From positions 64,001 through 119,346 of the IMG/VR virus record IMGVR_UViG_2645727811_000003: a stretch of 55,346 bases of DNA; one strand, given 5' to 3'. The position numbers were made by a program, and so were the translations under genes. This document shows, piece by piece, positions 47,620 through 55,346 of the stretch (position 1 is its first letter; every line of letters starts with the position of its first letter). The DNA comes from a virus (Duplodnaviria > Heunggongvirae > Uroviricota > Caudoviricetes). Under the pieces are notes generated by a model. It was given only the letters and a program-made list of their open reading frames with translations, was not told the DNA's origin and did not search any database.

Positions 47620-50259
47620 GTGCTTCTACTGCTTCAACAAGTAACGCGATCATTTAATTTAAGAAAGCCGAAACTTTCACTTGCTAAAGCTAATAAAAAG
47701 AAAATCGCAAATCTTGTCGATATCTCAAATGTAAATTTGACATTAAGACTAGGCGAAATCAATGAGTTGTCTTTCGCAGTGCCTTTAAAAATTGAAATAA
47801 ATAAAGAATGGGTTAAGAATCCTCATCTCAAACGCCTGAAATTACGAAGGCTCGTCAAGCTTTCTGCCTACAACTTCAAAGATGAATGGTTCATTATTAA
47901 AACAAAGCAAAAAACTGGCGCTGACAATGATTTGATGACATTCACGTGCATGTCGCTAGGACATCAATTGAGCTATCGAAAAGTTAGAAGATATGAAGTC
48001 ACTTCCTACAATATGCAGCAGGTTACAAATGACTGTTTTGCAAACACAAACTGGAAAGCTGGATACATAAATCCTCTATTCAATGAAAAATTCCGCAGTT
48101 TTGATATTACCTCTTCTACAAAGTTAGACTTTCTCTTTAAAATATGCGAGACATTCGAAGCTGTCCCTGTATTTGACACCATAGAAAAAAAGGTTCATTT
48201 CTATACTGAAGATGAAGTATCAAATTACATAGGGATGAGATTAAAATACGGTCAGTATTTGGATTCGATAGAAGACACTGAGGAACTTGAAGAAGTCTGT
48301 ACCAGACTCTATGTAACTGGGAAAGATGATCTCTCAATAAACGCTGCCAATCCAACTGGACAAGCTTATATAGAAGATTTTACATATTTTCTTTATCCAT
48401 TTGAGCGAGATAAAGATCGCAAGGTGATAACTCACAGTTACGAAATGAGTGATGAATTATGTCATGCCATTCTCGATTTCAATGAGTTCATCGATTCTCA
48501 AACTGAAACATTCTCTTCCCTTCTCTCTCGACAAACCGAGGAAGAAAAGAAACTTTCAACTCTTAACGCAGAAAAGGCAAAGCTTGATTTAGAATACAAA
48601 GTAATTTTAGATAAAATTGCAGTAGCAACAGAAGCGAAAGATCCAACTGCCGAGCTTATAAAAGAGCGAAAAGCTAAAGAGGCTGAAATTGATTCAAAAA
48701 AAAAGGAAATAGAAGAAAAAGAAAAACTGATTAAGGACATTCAGGATAAAATATCCCTTTTAAAGGGAAAATTGACGCTCGAAAGCCACCTTAATGATGA
48801 GCTTAAAGAAGAGTTGGCGGAATTTATAAATGAGCAAGAATGGGCTAACGACAATCTTTATGATGAAACTGATCTTTATGAAGCCGGACTTGAGGAAATG
48901 AAAAAGCGCAACACCCCTCCAATCAATATAACAATGAGCATAGTTAATTTTTTTGGAATTTTGAGTGAACATCAAAATTGGGACAGGCTATCTATCGGAG
49001 ATATTGTTCGAGTACAGCATGATCGCCTCGGTATTGATGTTAAAACAAAGGTAATTGAAATGACCTTTGACTTTGAGGCTAACAAGATTAATTTGACTGT
49101 CTCAAATTCAAAACGTGTTGAAACCGTTAAAGAAAAGATGGTCAAACTCGTTTATACAGTCAGTCATATAAACAACGACTATGCAATTAGAAAAATTGAC
49201 TGGATGAATACCGCTGAGAATTTTAAAATCCGGAATGATCGAATTTCCACCCCAGTTGCAGCTCCTACCGTTGCATCAGACGGAACCGCAATTACTCATG
49301 AACTGAATGACAATGGTTCAGTTGATGTTGTTTTAAAATGGGAATACCCAGATTCTGATGAGGATAGATACAACATTGATGGGTTTGAAGTTTATCTCTA
49401 CTCCAGTGAATCATCTGATGAATATGTGTTTGGTTCTAAAATGAGCCACGAGGAAATGGTTAATGTAAAGTATGACAAGCGTTCATATAAATTCACGGGA
49501 CTTGCCTCGAATAAATACTACACTCTGGGGGTTAGAGCCTACCGTAGAGTTGATGCAGATATTGAGAGAACTGGAATTATTCTTTCTGATATTGTTCAGT
49601 CAAAACATATTACTGAGAACCCTTACCTCCCTTCTGCTATTACAGAAGTCAAAGGAAGAGTGAATGGATTAATTCAAGCTGTTTCTGAAGAAAGACCAGA
49701 AAATCCAGATATCAATACTGTTTGGATCGATCCCAAAACTAATAAACAGGAACTTTACGATGGTGAAAAGTGGATTGAGCAAACTGTATCTTCAGCTGAT
49801 TCTTTAAATGGATATAGCGCTGAAATAGCATCTTCTCCTAACACAATAGCTGTTCGAGATGAAACAGGAACAATTGATGCTTCAATTACAGGAAGTGCAA
49901 CTCAATTGGGTGGCTATAATGCTTCTGAATATGTCCTTAAGTCTGATCTCCCCTCTCCCCCTCAATACGTATCAGGAGAATATATTGGTGATGGAAAACC
50001 AAGTAGATCAATCAGCCTTAACTTCATTCCTACTATGGTGAAGATTTATTCCACTTCCCCCACTGATTCAACGCTAATAATACAAAGTAGTTTAGGAGGT
50101 TACTCAATACAAAATGGAGAATCAGGGACATATCTTGAAGGAGGAGATAAAACATACGGCTCTTTGGATTTGAATTATTTTATTACTGGATCAGACAGCA
50201 ATACTCGTGGGAACAAACTAAATGTTACATATATTTGGGAAGCATTTAAACAAAATTAA
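47620..50259 (+). CDS. yomG: Baseplate hub/Tal-like protein with FN3 domain
   Basis: About 880 aa; TRLY..GK and L.IGD.VRV motifs, FN3-like L.W…GFEVY…YTLGVRAY; true start may be CTG 47629. Confidence 0.82.
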   Translation: MLLLLQQVTRSFNLRKPKLSLAKANKKKIANLVDISNVNLTLRLGEINELSFAVPLKIEINKEWVKNPHLKRLKLRRLVKLSAYNFKDEWFIIKTKQKTGADNDLMTFTCMSLGHQLSYRKVRRYEVTSYNMQQVTNDCFANTNWKAGYINPLFNEKFRSFDITSSTKLDFLFKICETFEAVPVFDTIEKKVHFYTEDEVSNYIGMRLKYGQYLDSIEDTEELEEVCTRLYVTGKDDLSINAANPTGQAYIEDFTYFLYPFERDKDRKVITHSYEMSDELCHAILDFNEFIDSQTETFSSLLSRQTEEEKKLSTLNAEKAKLDLEYKVILDKIAVATEAKDPTAELIKERKAKEAEIDSKKKEIEEKEKLIKDIQDKISLLKGKLTLESHLNDELKEELAEFINEQEWANDNLYDETDLYEAGLEEMKKRNTPPINITMSIVNFFGILSEHQNWDRLSIGDIVRVQHDRLGIDVKTKVIEMTFDFEANKINLTVSNSKRVETVKEKMVKLVYTVSHINNDYAIRKIDWMNTAENFKIRNDRISTPVAAPTVASDGTAITHELNDNGSVDVVLKWEYPDSDEDRYNIDGFEVYLYSSESSDEYVFGSKMSHEEMVNVKYDKRSYKFTGLASNKYYTLGVRAYRRVDADIERTGIILSDIVQSKHITENPYLPSAITEVKGRVNGLIQAVSEERPENPDINTVWIDPKTNKQELYDGEKWIEQTVSSADSLNGYSAEIASSPNTIAVRDETGTIDASITGSATQLGGYNASEYVLKSDLPSPPQYVSGEYIGDGKPSRSISLNFIPTMVKIYSTSPTDSTLIIQSSLGGYSIQNGESGTYLEGGDKTYGSLDLNYFITGSDSNTRGNKLNVTYIWEAFKQN

Positions 50260-50274
50260 TGTGGAGGTGATCCT

Positions 50275-51072
50275 TTGGAAGATACTCCAAAACTTTATAA
50301 CGACCCTATTCTATCCAAGAAGAGAAAAGGATCGATTGATGATCCTTACCAGCTTTACAATGAAACACAGGTGATTTATAACGGGAAGGCTCAATTAACA
50401 GAAATCCCAAACAGAGAAATGAGAATTGAAGTCTCTGGTGACGACAAGCTATGGAAAGAAATTGAAGATGGTGAATTACAAGACGACTACTTTAAGGTTG
50501 ATTATCTTAATGGAGTTGTCTTTTTTAATGCGTCAAATGAAGGAAAATCTCTTCAATTCAAATACAGCGGTGAAGGTGCTTATTATTTCCCTGGTTCTCG
50601 TATTTGGACAAAACGTGACGGAAATGAAGTCACTGAGACATTAGATTCACTAACCGAAAGAGCTCGTAAAGCTACTGAGGAATCGGAAAAAGCCACAGAA
50701 GAATCCAAAGAGATTACTAAGTGGACAAGAGCTGCAACATCGGATTATGAAAACGTGGTTGAAAACACAAGAAAAATATACCTCCCAATGGTTTACACAT
50801 ACAAAGATCTTTTAGATACCTATCCAAATCCTCAAATTGGCTGGACAGTCACCATCAGAGAAACAGGAATCGAGTATCGTTGGGACGGTTTTGATTGGAT
50901 CAACATTAGCATCTCTGATAAATTTGACGGCTATAACATTGTATCAAGCTATGTTGAGCCTTATAACATTCGGACTGTTTGGTTAAGAACCAATACATCA
51001 CCAAGTAAAAAAAGAGTTAAGCCATCAAAAGATGCCCCAGAAACTAATTTGATCTGGATTAGGAAAGAGTAA
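50275..51072 (+). CDS. yomF: YomF-like tail protein
   Basis: 265 aa, GGAGGTG RBS; synteny. Confidence 0.78.
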   Translation: MEDTPKLYNDPILSKKRKGSIDDPYQLYNETQVIYNGKAQLTEIPNREMRIEVSGDDKLWKEIEDGELQDDYFKVDYLNGVVFFNASNEGKSLQFKYSGEGAYYFPGSRIWTKRDGNEVTETLDSLTERARKATEESEKATEESKEITKWTRAATSDYENVVENTRKIYLPMVYTYKDLLDTYPNPQIGWTVTIRETGIEYRWDGFDWINISISDKFDGYNIVSSYVEPYNIRTVWLRTNTSPSKKRVKPSKDAPETNLIWIRKE

Positions 51073-51088
51073 AAAAAGGAGGAATGTT

Positions 51089-52993
51089 ATGTCAATCCCT
51101 GTAAACACAATGGGCTACTATGATGAAGATTCACAGAAATGGATTCCAATAGACGCCGTAGGATTAAAATCTGAAAACAATAGATATACTGCTGATGATA
51201 TTAAATCTTTAGATGATATAAAGATTGACAATGATAATCACGTTTACTCATCAGCTAAAGAAAGAATTGACTCTGACTTTCTCAAAATCAATGAGAAAGT
51301 GGATCAATTGGATAAAGGCGTTGATAATAAAATAACTAATCTGGAGAAAATAATTAATGAAAGCTCCAGCTCCCTAAATAAAAAAATTTATTTTAAAAAT
51401 GTTCTTAGTTATGGAGCAGATCCTACTGGGGAAAAACCTTCGGCCGGGGCTATTCAAAAAGCGCTGGATGAAATTCATAAAGAAGGCGGAGGACAACTCT
51501 TTATTCCCGGTGGCAAATATTTAATTGAAAAAAGAATGTTCGTCTATGAAAATACTCGGGTGACTATGGCTCACAATTGTATTCTGCTCAGAGGGTGGGC
51601 AGGAGGATTTTTTGCTAATGGAACGCCAACTGATAAATTCAAAGGTTATTCAGGAAGAGGAAACATAATCATTGAAGGCGGTATTTTAGATGGGAATTAT
51701 GCAAACATTGATAAGTACCCTACGAGCGCTATGGATTCCATAATCCTTGGACACGCCAAAAATATTTCAATAGACAATGTAACATTTAAAGATACAATAA
51801 GCGCCCATGCGATTGATGCTAATGGATGTGATAATCTTCGAATTACAAATAGCAAATTTACTGGTTTTATTGATCTTACTGGACAGAGAAATTATTCAGA
51901 GGCTATTCAGCTTGGAGAATTCATTGAAATAGGACTTAATCAATTTGGAGAATTCGATGGCACACCTAACACAAATGTTTATATTGCGCATAATTATTTT
52001 GGAAAATCCGATTTGTTAGGCGGTTGGGGCTGTGCTATAGGGAATCATTATGCTGTTTATAATATTTTTCAAAGTAATATCACCATTTTTAATAATGTTA
52101 TTGAGGACTGTGGGTTTGCTGGAGTTCGAACTTTTAAATGGAACAACGTTAAAATTACAAACAATGTGTTCATGCGTAATAAAGAGTGTGTGCGCATTTC
52201 ACAAGCTGCTGGCGGAATTGAAAGCTCTAAAGATGCAGACGGTGTACAGATGAATCGACCGCAAAATGGACAAAACGTGTTAATTGAAGGAAATGACTTC
52301 TACGATTATACATCCAGTGGAGTTGTTGCGTTTGGTCAAATTTATAATAAAGAAATAGCTTGGAACGATGAAATCCGCATATCGGGCAACTATTTCAAAT
52401 TAAAAGGAAAAGAGGTTGGTAAATATAATGATGAACAGGCAATAAAGCTAGTCTTTGCCAGAAACGTTTTCGTTAGCAATAATAAAATTTACGGTGGACG
52501 AAGAGGAATGTGGGTTGAAGGTTGCTTCAACACTTTTATTTCTGGCAATGGCGTATCAAATGTAGATACAGAAGCAGTATACCTTGCTAAGAGCAGAGAC
52601 ACGTCCTCCACTGTTACAAAGTCCTACCATGTTTCAATTGACAGGAATGAGATCAACACCACTGGCCGAAACGGTGTATTTGTTCAAAAATGTGACCATT
52701 TTGATGTTAGAGATAATAATGTATTAAATAATAATAAAGAACAGAGTAGCGAAAGAGGCCGTGGAGGAATCTATGTTGAGAACGGCTACGATGGAAGAAT
52801 AGAAGGAAATCGAATTAGAGGTGTTGAAAAAGAATTTGCTATTTTAGTAGAAGCTGAAGCTACCGAGGTAAATGTGGCCAACACCAAAGGAACTGGCCGT
52901 ATCATTGTTCTGGGGGAGTCCAATTTCAATGGCTACTACGGGACGAACAAAGATGATTACATTCGTAAAATAACTACTAAGAGTGAATCCTAA
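51089..52993 (+). CDS. yomE: Pectin-lyase-fold beta-helix tailspike/depolymerase
   Basis: NVLSYGADPTG…AIQKAL…G.LFIPGG.Y motif and parallel beta-helix repeats. Confidence 0.85.
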   Translation: MSIPVNTMGYYDEDSQKWIPIDAVGLKSENNRYTADDIKSLDDIKIDNDNHVYSSAKERIDSDFLKINEKVDQLDKGVDNKITNLEKIINESSSSLNKKIYFKNVLSYGADPTGEKPSAGAIQKALDEIHKEGGGQLFIPGGKYLIEKRMFVYENTRVTMAHNCILLRGWAGGFFANGTPTDKFKGYSGRGNIIIEGGILDGNYANIDKYPTSAMDSIILGHAKNISIDNVTFKDTISAHAIDANGCDNLRITNSKFTGFIDLTGQRNYSEAIQLGEFIEIGLNQFGEFDGTPNTNVYIAHNYFGKSDLLGGWGCAIGNHYAVYNIFQSNITIFNNVIEDCGFAGVRTFKWNNVKITNNVFMRNKECVRISQAAGGIESSKDADGVQMNRPQNGQNVLIEGNDFYDYTSSGVVAFGQIYNKEIAWNDEIRISGNYFKLKGKEVGKYNDEQAIKLVFARNVFVSNNKIYGGRRGMWVEGCFNTFISGNGVSNVDTEAVYLAKSRDTSSTVTKSYHVSIDRNEINTTGRNGVFVQKCDHFDVRDNNVLNNNKEQSSERGRGGIYVENGYDGRIEGNRIRGVEKEFAILVEAEATEVNVANTKGTGRIIVLGESNFNGYYGTNKDDYIRKITTKSES

Positions 52994-53087
52994 CTTTAGG
53001 GGGTGGTTAAATTCTGAATAAAATTTAGATTTCATTCAAATTACATATTAGTAAAACAGAGAAAACAAGAGCATATGTGAGAACGAG

Positions 53088-53117
53088 AGAGATTGGTAAT
53101 CCGCCAGTCTCTTTTTT
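53088..53117 (+). terminator. Rho-independent terminator upstream of the endolysin
   Basis: AGAGATTGG-taatccg-CCAGTCTCT plus TTTTT. Confidence 0.75.
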
Positions 53118-53148
53118 AATGCTCAAAAACAAACAGGAGTGATTTAAT

Positions 53149-54237
53149 TTGGTTAAAGTCGTAAAAAATTTTGTGAATGTCAATCAATACACTCGTCCAG
53201 GTCTAAAGCTTTCTGGCGTTAAAGGAATTGTAATGCACTGGACTGCAACTCCAGGAGCTACTGCGTTAAATGAGCGCAATTATTTCAATGGTACATGTAT
53301 TGCTGATAAACGATATGCTTCTGCTCATTACTTTGTAGATAGAAATGAAGCGCAATATATTGTTCCTGAAAATGAAATGGCTTATCATGCACACGATCAA
53401 AACCGCTGCTTTGTGAGCTTCCTAAAACCGAATGCGAACCAAACATCGATTTCCGTTGAAATGTGTGTAGAGAAAAACGGTACCATTCATGATGAAACTG
53501 TACAGAATGCTGCAGAATTGGTTGCTGATCTTTGTAAAAGATTCAAATTGTCTACAGATAAAATCGTCCGTCATTACGATGTAACAAACAAAAACTGTCC
53601 TGCCCCTTGGGTAAGTGACTCAAGCAAGCTGGCAGCATTTCGCAAAAAAGTTGATGGACTGCTCGGAAACAAAACTGTTTCAAATTCTACTGCTTCCTCT
53701 AGTAAAGGCTCTTCCTCTTCTAATGCTGCAAGTGGCTCCCTTAAATCTAAGGTTAACGGACTTCGTTTTTATGCTAAACCTTCCTGGGAAGACAAAGATG
53801 TCGTAGGTGCTGTAAACAAAGGTATTGGCTTCCCTACCGTTGTTGAAAAAATTAGAGTTGGCAGCGCTTATCAGTACAAAGTTAAAAACTCTAAAGGAGC
53901 AACATATTACATCACTGCTTCTGATAAATATGTCGAAGTTTCAGGAAATGTTAAGACTGCCTCCTCCCCTTCTAAATCAACAGCATCAAAATCCAGCTCT
54001 GGATCTTCCTCAATTAAATCTGTAGGAAAAATTAAAATTGTTGGAGTATCAAATGCTGCAATTGTTATGGACAAACCTGATCGTAACAATTCAAAGAATA
54101 TCGGAACAATTAAACTTGGCAGCAAAATTGACATTTCTGGATCAGTGAAAGGGAAAAATAACCCTAAAGGCTATTGGGAAGTCATTTACAATGGCAGACG
54201 CGGTTATGTTTCAGGTCAGTTTGGTACAAGAGTCTAA
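53149..54237 (+). CDS. blyA: N-acetylmuramoyl-L-alanine amidase (endolysin)
   Basis: Amidase_2 motifs IVMHWT, ASAHY, AYHA, SVE, RHYDV…KNCP; Ser-rich linkers and SH3-like wall-binding domains. Confidence 0.93.
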   Translation: MVKVVKNFVNVNQYTRPGLKLSGVKGIVMHWTATPGATALNERNYFNGTCIADKRYASAHYFVDRNEAQYIVPENEMAYHAHDQNRCFVSFLKPNANQTSISVEMCVEKNGTIHDETVQNAAELVADLCKRFKLSTDKIVRHYDVTNKNCPAPWVSDSSKLAAFRKKVDGLLGNKTVSNSTASSSKGSSSSNAASGSLKSKVNGLRFYAKPSWEDKDVVGAVNKGIGFPTVVEKIRVGSAYQYKVKNSKGATYYITASDKYVEVSGNVKTASSPSKSTASKSSSGSSSIKSVGKIKIVGVSNAAIVMDKPDRNNSKNIGTIKLGSKIDISGSVKGKNNPKGYWEVIYNGRRGYVSGQFGTRV

Positions 54238-54368
54238 TTGATCTTTAAATATCATTAAGGATATCTGTTGATTTCAATTGATCAGTGGATATCCTCTATT
54301 TCTATTGGAGGTGAACAACGTGGGATAACGTACACCTCCTTTATTATTGATAAAGGACGGTTGAATTT

Positions 54369-54755
54369 GTGGCTGAAGTAGATGTAAATACACGGTTAAG
54401 TGTCTTAGAAGAAAAAATGAAAAATCATCAAGAAAAAATTACAAATTTAGAAGCAAGAACTGAAGACATGAGTCGACTAACAACTCTTATGGAACAGCAA
54501 ATCGAAATAAACAAAGATGCCCAAAAACAATCACGCGAACAATTTGTCACATTAACTGAGATGAATAACAGCTTAAAAAATCTAAGCAAATCATATGAAA
54601 AACTCGATAATCGAGTGGGCATTCTGGAACAATCAGATTCCAATAGAAAAATTGATCCAAGTCAGTTTGGTAAAGACCTTATGTACAAGGTTTTACCTAC
54701 CGTAATCGCAACGCTAGTCGGTGCATGGTTGCTTATACATTTTGGACTTAAATAA
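54369..54755 (+). CDS. XhlA-like coiled-coil lysis accessory protein with C-terminal TM helix
   Basis: Heptad repeats then one TM helix; lies between endolysin and holin. Confidence 0.75.
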   Translation: MAEVDVNTRLSVLEEKMKNHQEKITNLEARTEDMSRLTTLMEQQIEINKDAQKQSREQFVTLTEMNNSLKNLSKSYEKLDNRVGILEQSDSNRKIDPSQFGKDLMYKVLPTVIATLVGAWLLIHFGLK

Positions 54756-54773
54756 GAAATGGAGATTGATATT

Positions 54774-55028
54774 ATGACTAAAATCAACTGGAAAGTAAGA
54801 CTGAAAAAGAAAACATTCCTTGTAACAATTTTCTCTGCAACACTTTTATTTGTTCAAACAATTGCTTCAGCTTTTGGATATGACATAACAGTATACAGTG
54901 CTGCGCTAACTGAAAAATTCAACGCTATATTAACATTGTTGGTTGCATTAGGCGTTGTAGTTGACCCCACAACTAAAGGCATCTCTGATAGCGATCAAGC
55001 AATGGAATATGAAGAACCAAGACAATAA
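54774..55028 (+). CDS. Holin, phi LC3 family
   Basis: INWKVRLK…GVVVDPTTKGISDS..A..Y signature; GGAG RBS supports ATG 54774. Confidence 0.9.
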   Translation: MTKINWKVRLKKKTFLVTIFSATLLFVQTIASAFGYDITVYSAALTEKFNAILTLLVALGVVVDPTTKGISDSDQAMEYEEPRQ

Positions 55029-55046
55029 TTGTAAAGGGTTGATTTA

Positions 55047-55346
55047 ATGAAAACGACTGTTACATACTCCCCCTATCCATCAAACTTTTCAGAAGTGCAT
55101 ATTAACACCGGAGAAGAAAAATCAATTAAGCTTAGTCTCGTTGCGTCTCCTCCTGATATCCCTCCTCAGAATGATTCAGAAGATACTGAAGAAAACGTTG
55201 TAGAGATTTCATCAGCCATATTGGCTGACCCTAGTTTAAGAATGGAAATCAATAATGGGATTTCGACTGAGGAATTGATGACATTAAACAAAGAGGATGC
55301 TAAGGTTTTAGTGCAGGTACTCAGAGACTTTCTTAAACAAATGTAA
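55047..55346 (+). CDS. Hypothetical protein
   Basis: 99 aa, AAGGG RBS, stop at the window end. Confidence 0.75.
   Translation: MKTTVTYSPYPSNFSEVHINTGEEKSIKLSLVASPPDIPPQNDSEDTEENVVEISSAILADPSLRMEINNGISTEELMTLNKEDAKVLVQVLRDFLKQM

Larger units (their letters stand above)
1..55346 (+). mobile_element. SPbeta-like prophage/phage, late (virion) region with accessory morons
   Basis: Continuous run of YonO-type RNAP, terminase, portal, capsid, tail, tape measure and endolysin genes in SPbeta yonO-blyA order; no host housekeeping genes; neither att site is in the window. Confidence 0.97.

Noticed and set aside
1-55346. CRISPR array, diversity-generating retroelement, IS elements, arbitrium genes
   Set aside because: No regularly spaced repeat-spacer array, reverse transcriptase, transposase or AimR/AimP-like ORFs were seen.

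Overview
The whole 55 kb window lies inside an SPbeta-like Bacillus (subtilis-group) prophage or phage. It covers the late region in SPbeta gene order: a YonO-type RNA polymerase operon, HU, yonK/yonJ, terminase, portal and capsid genes (yonG-yonA), head-tail and tail genes (yomZ-yomM), yomJ, tape measure (cwlP/yomI), baseplate and tailspike (yomH-yomE) and lysis (blyA plus holins). Symbols come from gene order, protein length and recalled SPbeta sequences; no database search was run. The main points: (1) The tape-measure gene is split by two related ORF-less group I introns (40892-41166 and 41549-41881). In-silico splicing restores a 2230-aa frame, and a large free-standing endonuclease gene sits just upstream. 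(2) Three separate secreted pre-pro-toxin plus immunity cassettes share one architecture, and one is paired with a divergent S8 protease. (3) About 2 kb between HU and yonK is rich in predicted RNA structure. It holds a degenerate tRNA-Trp and a DIP1984-like gene followed by a folded RNA with 7-nt periodic repeats. (4) An accessory cassette array follows the tyrosine recombinase yomM and is partly delimited by a 17-21 bp direct repeat. (5) The YonO-like polymerase is divergent (DFDYD motif), and the zinc finger appears on a separate, translationally coupled gene.
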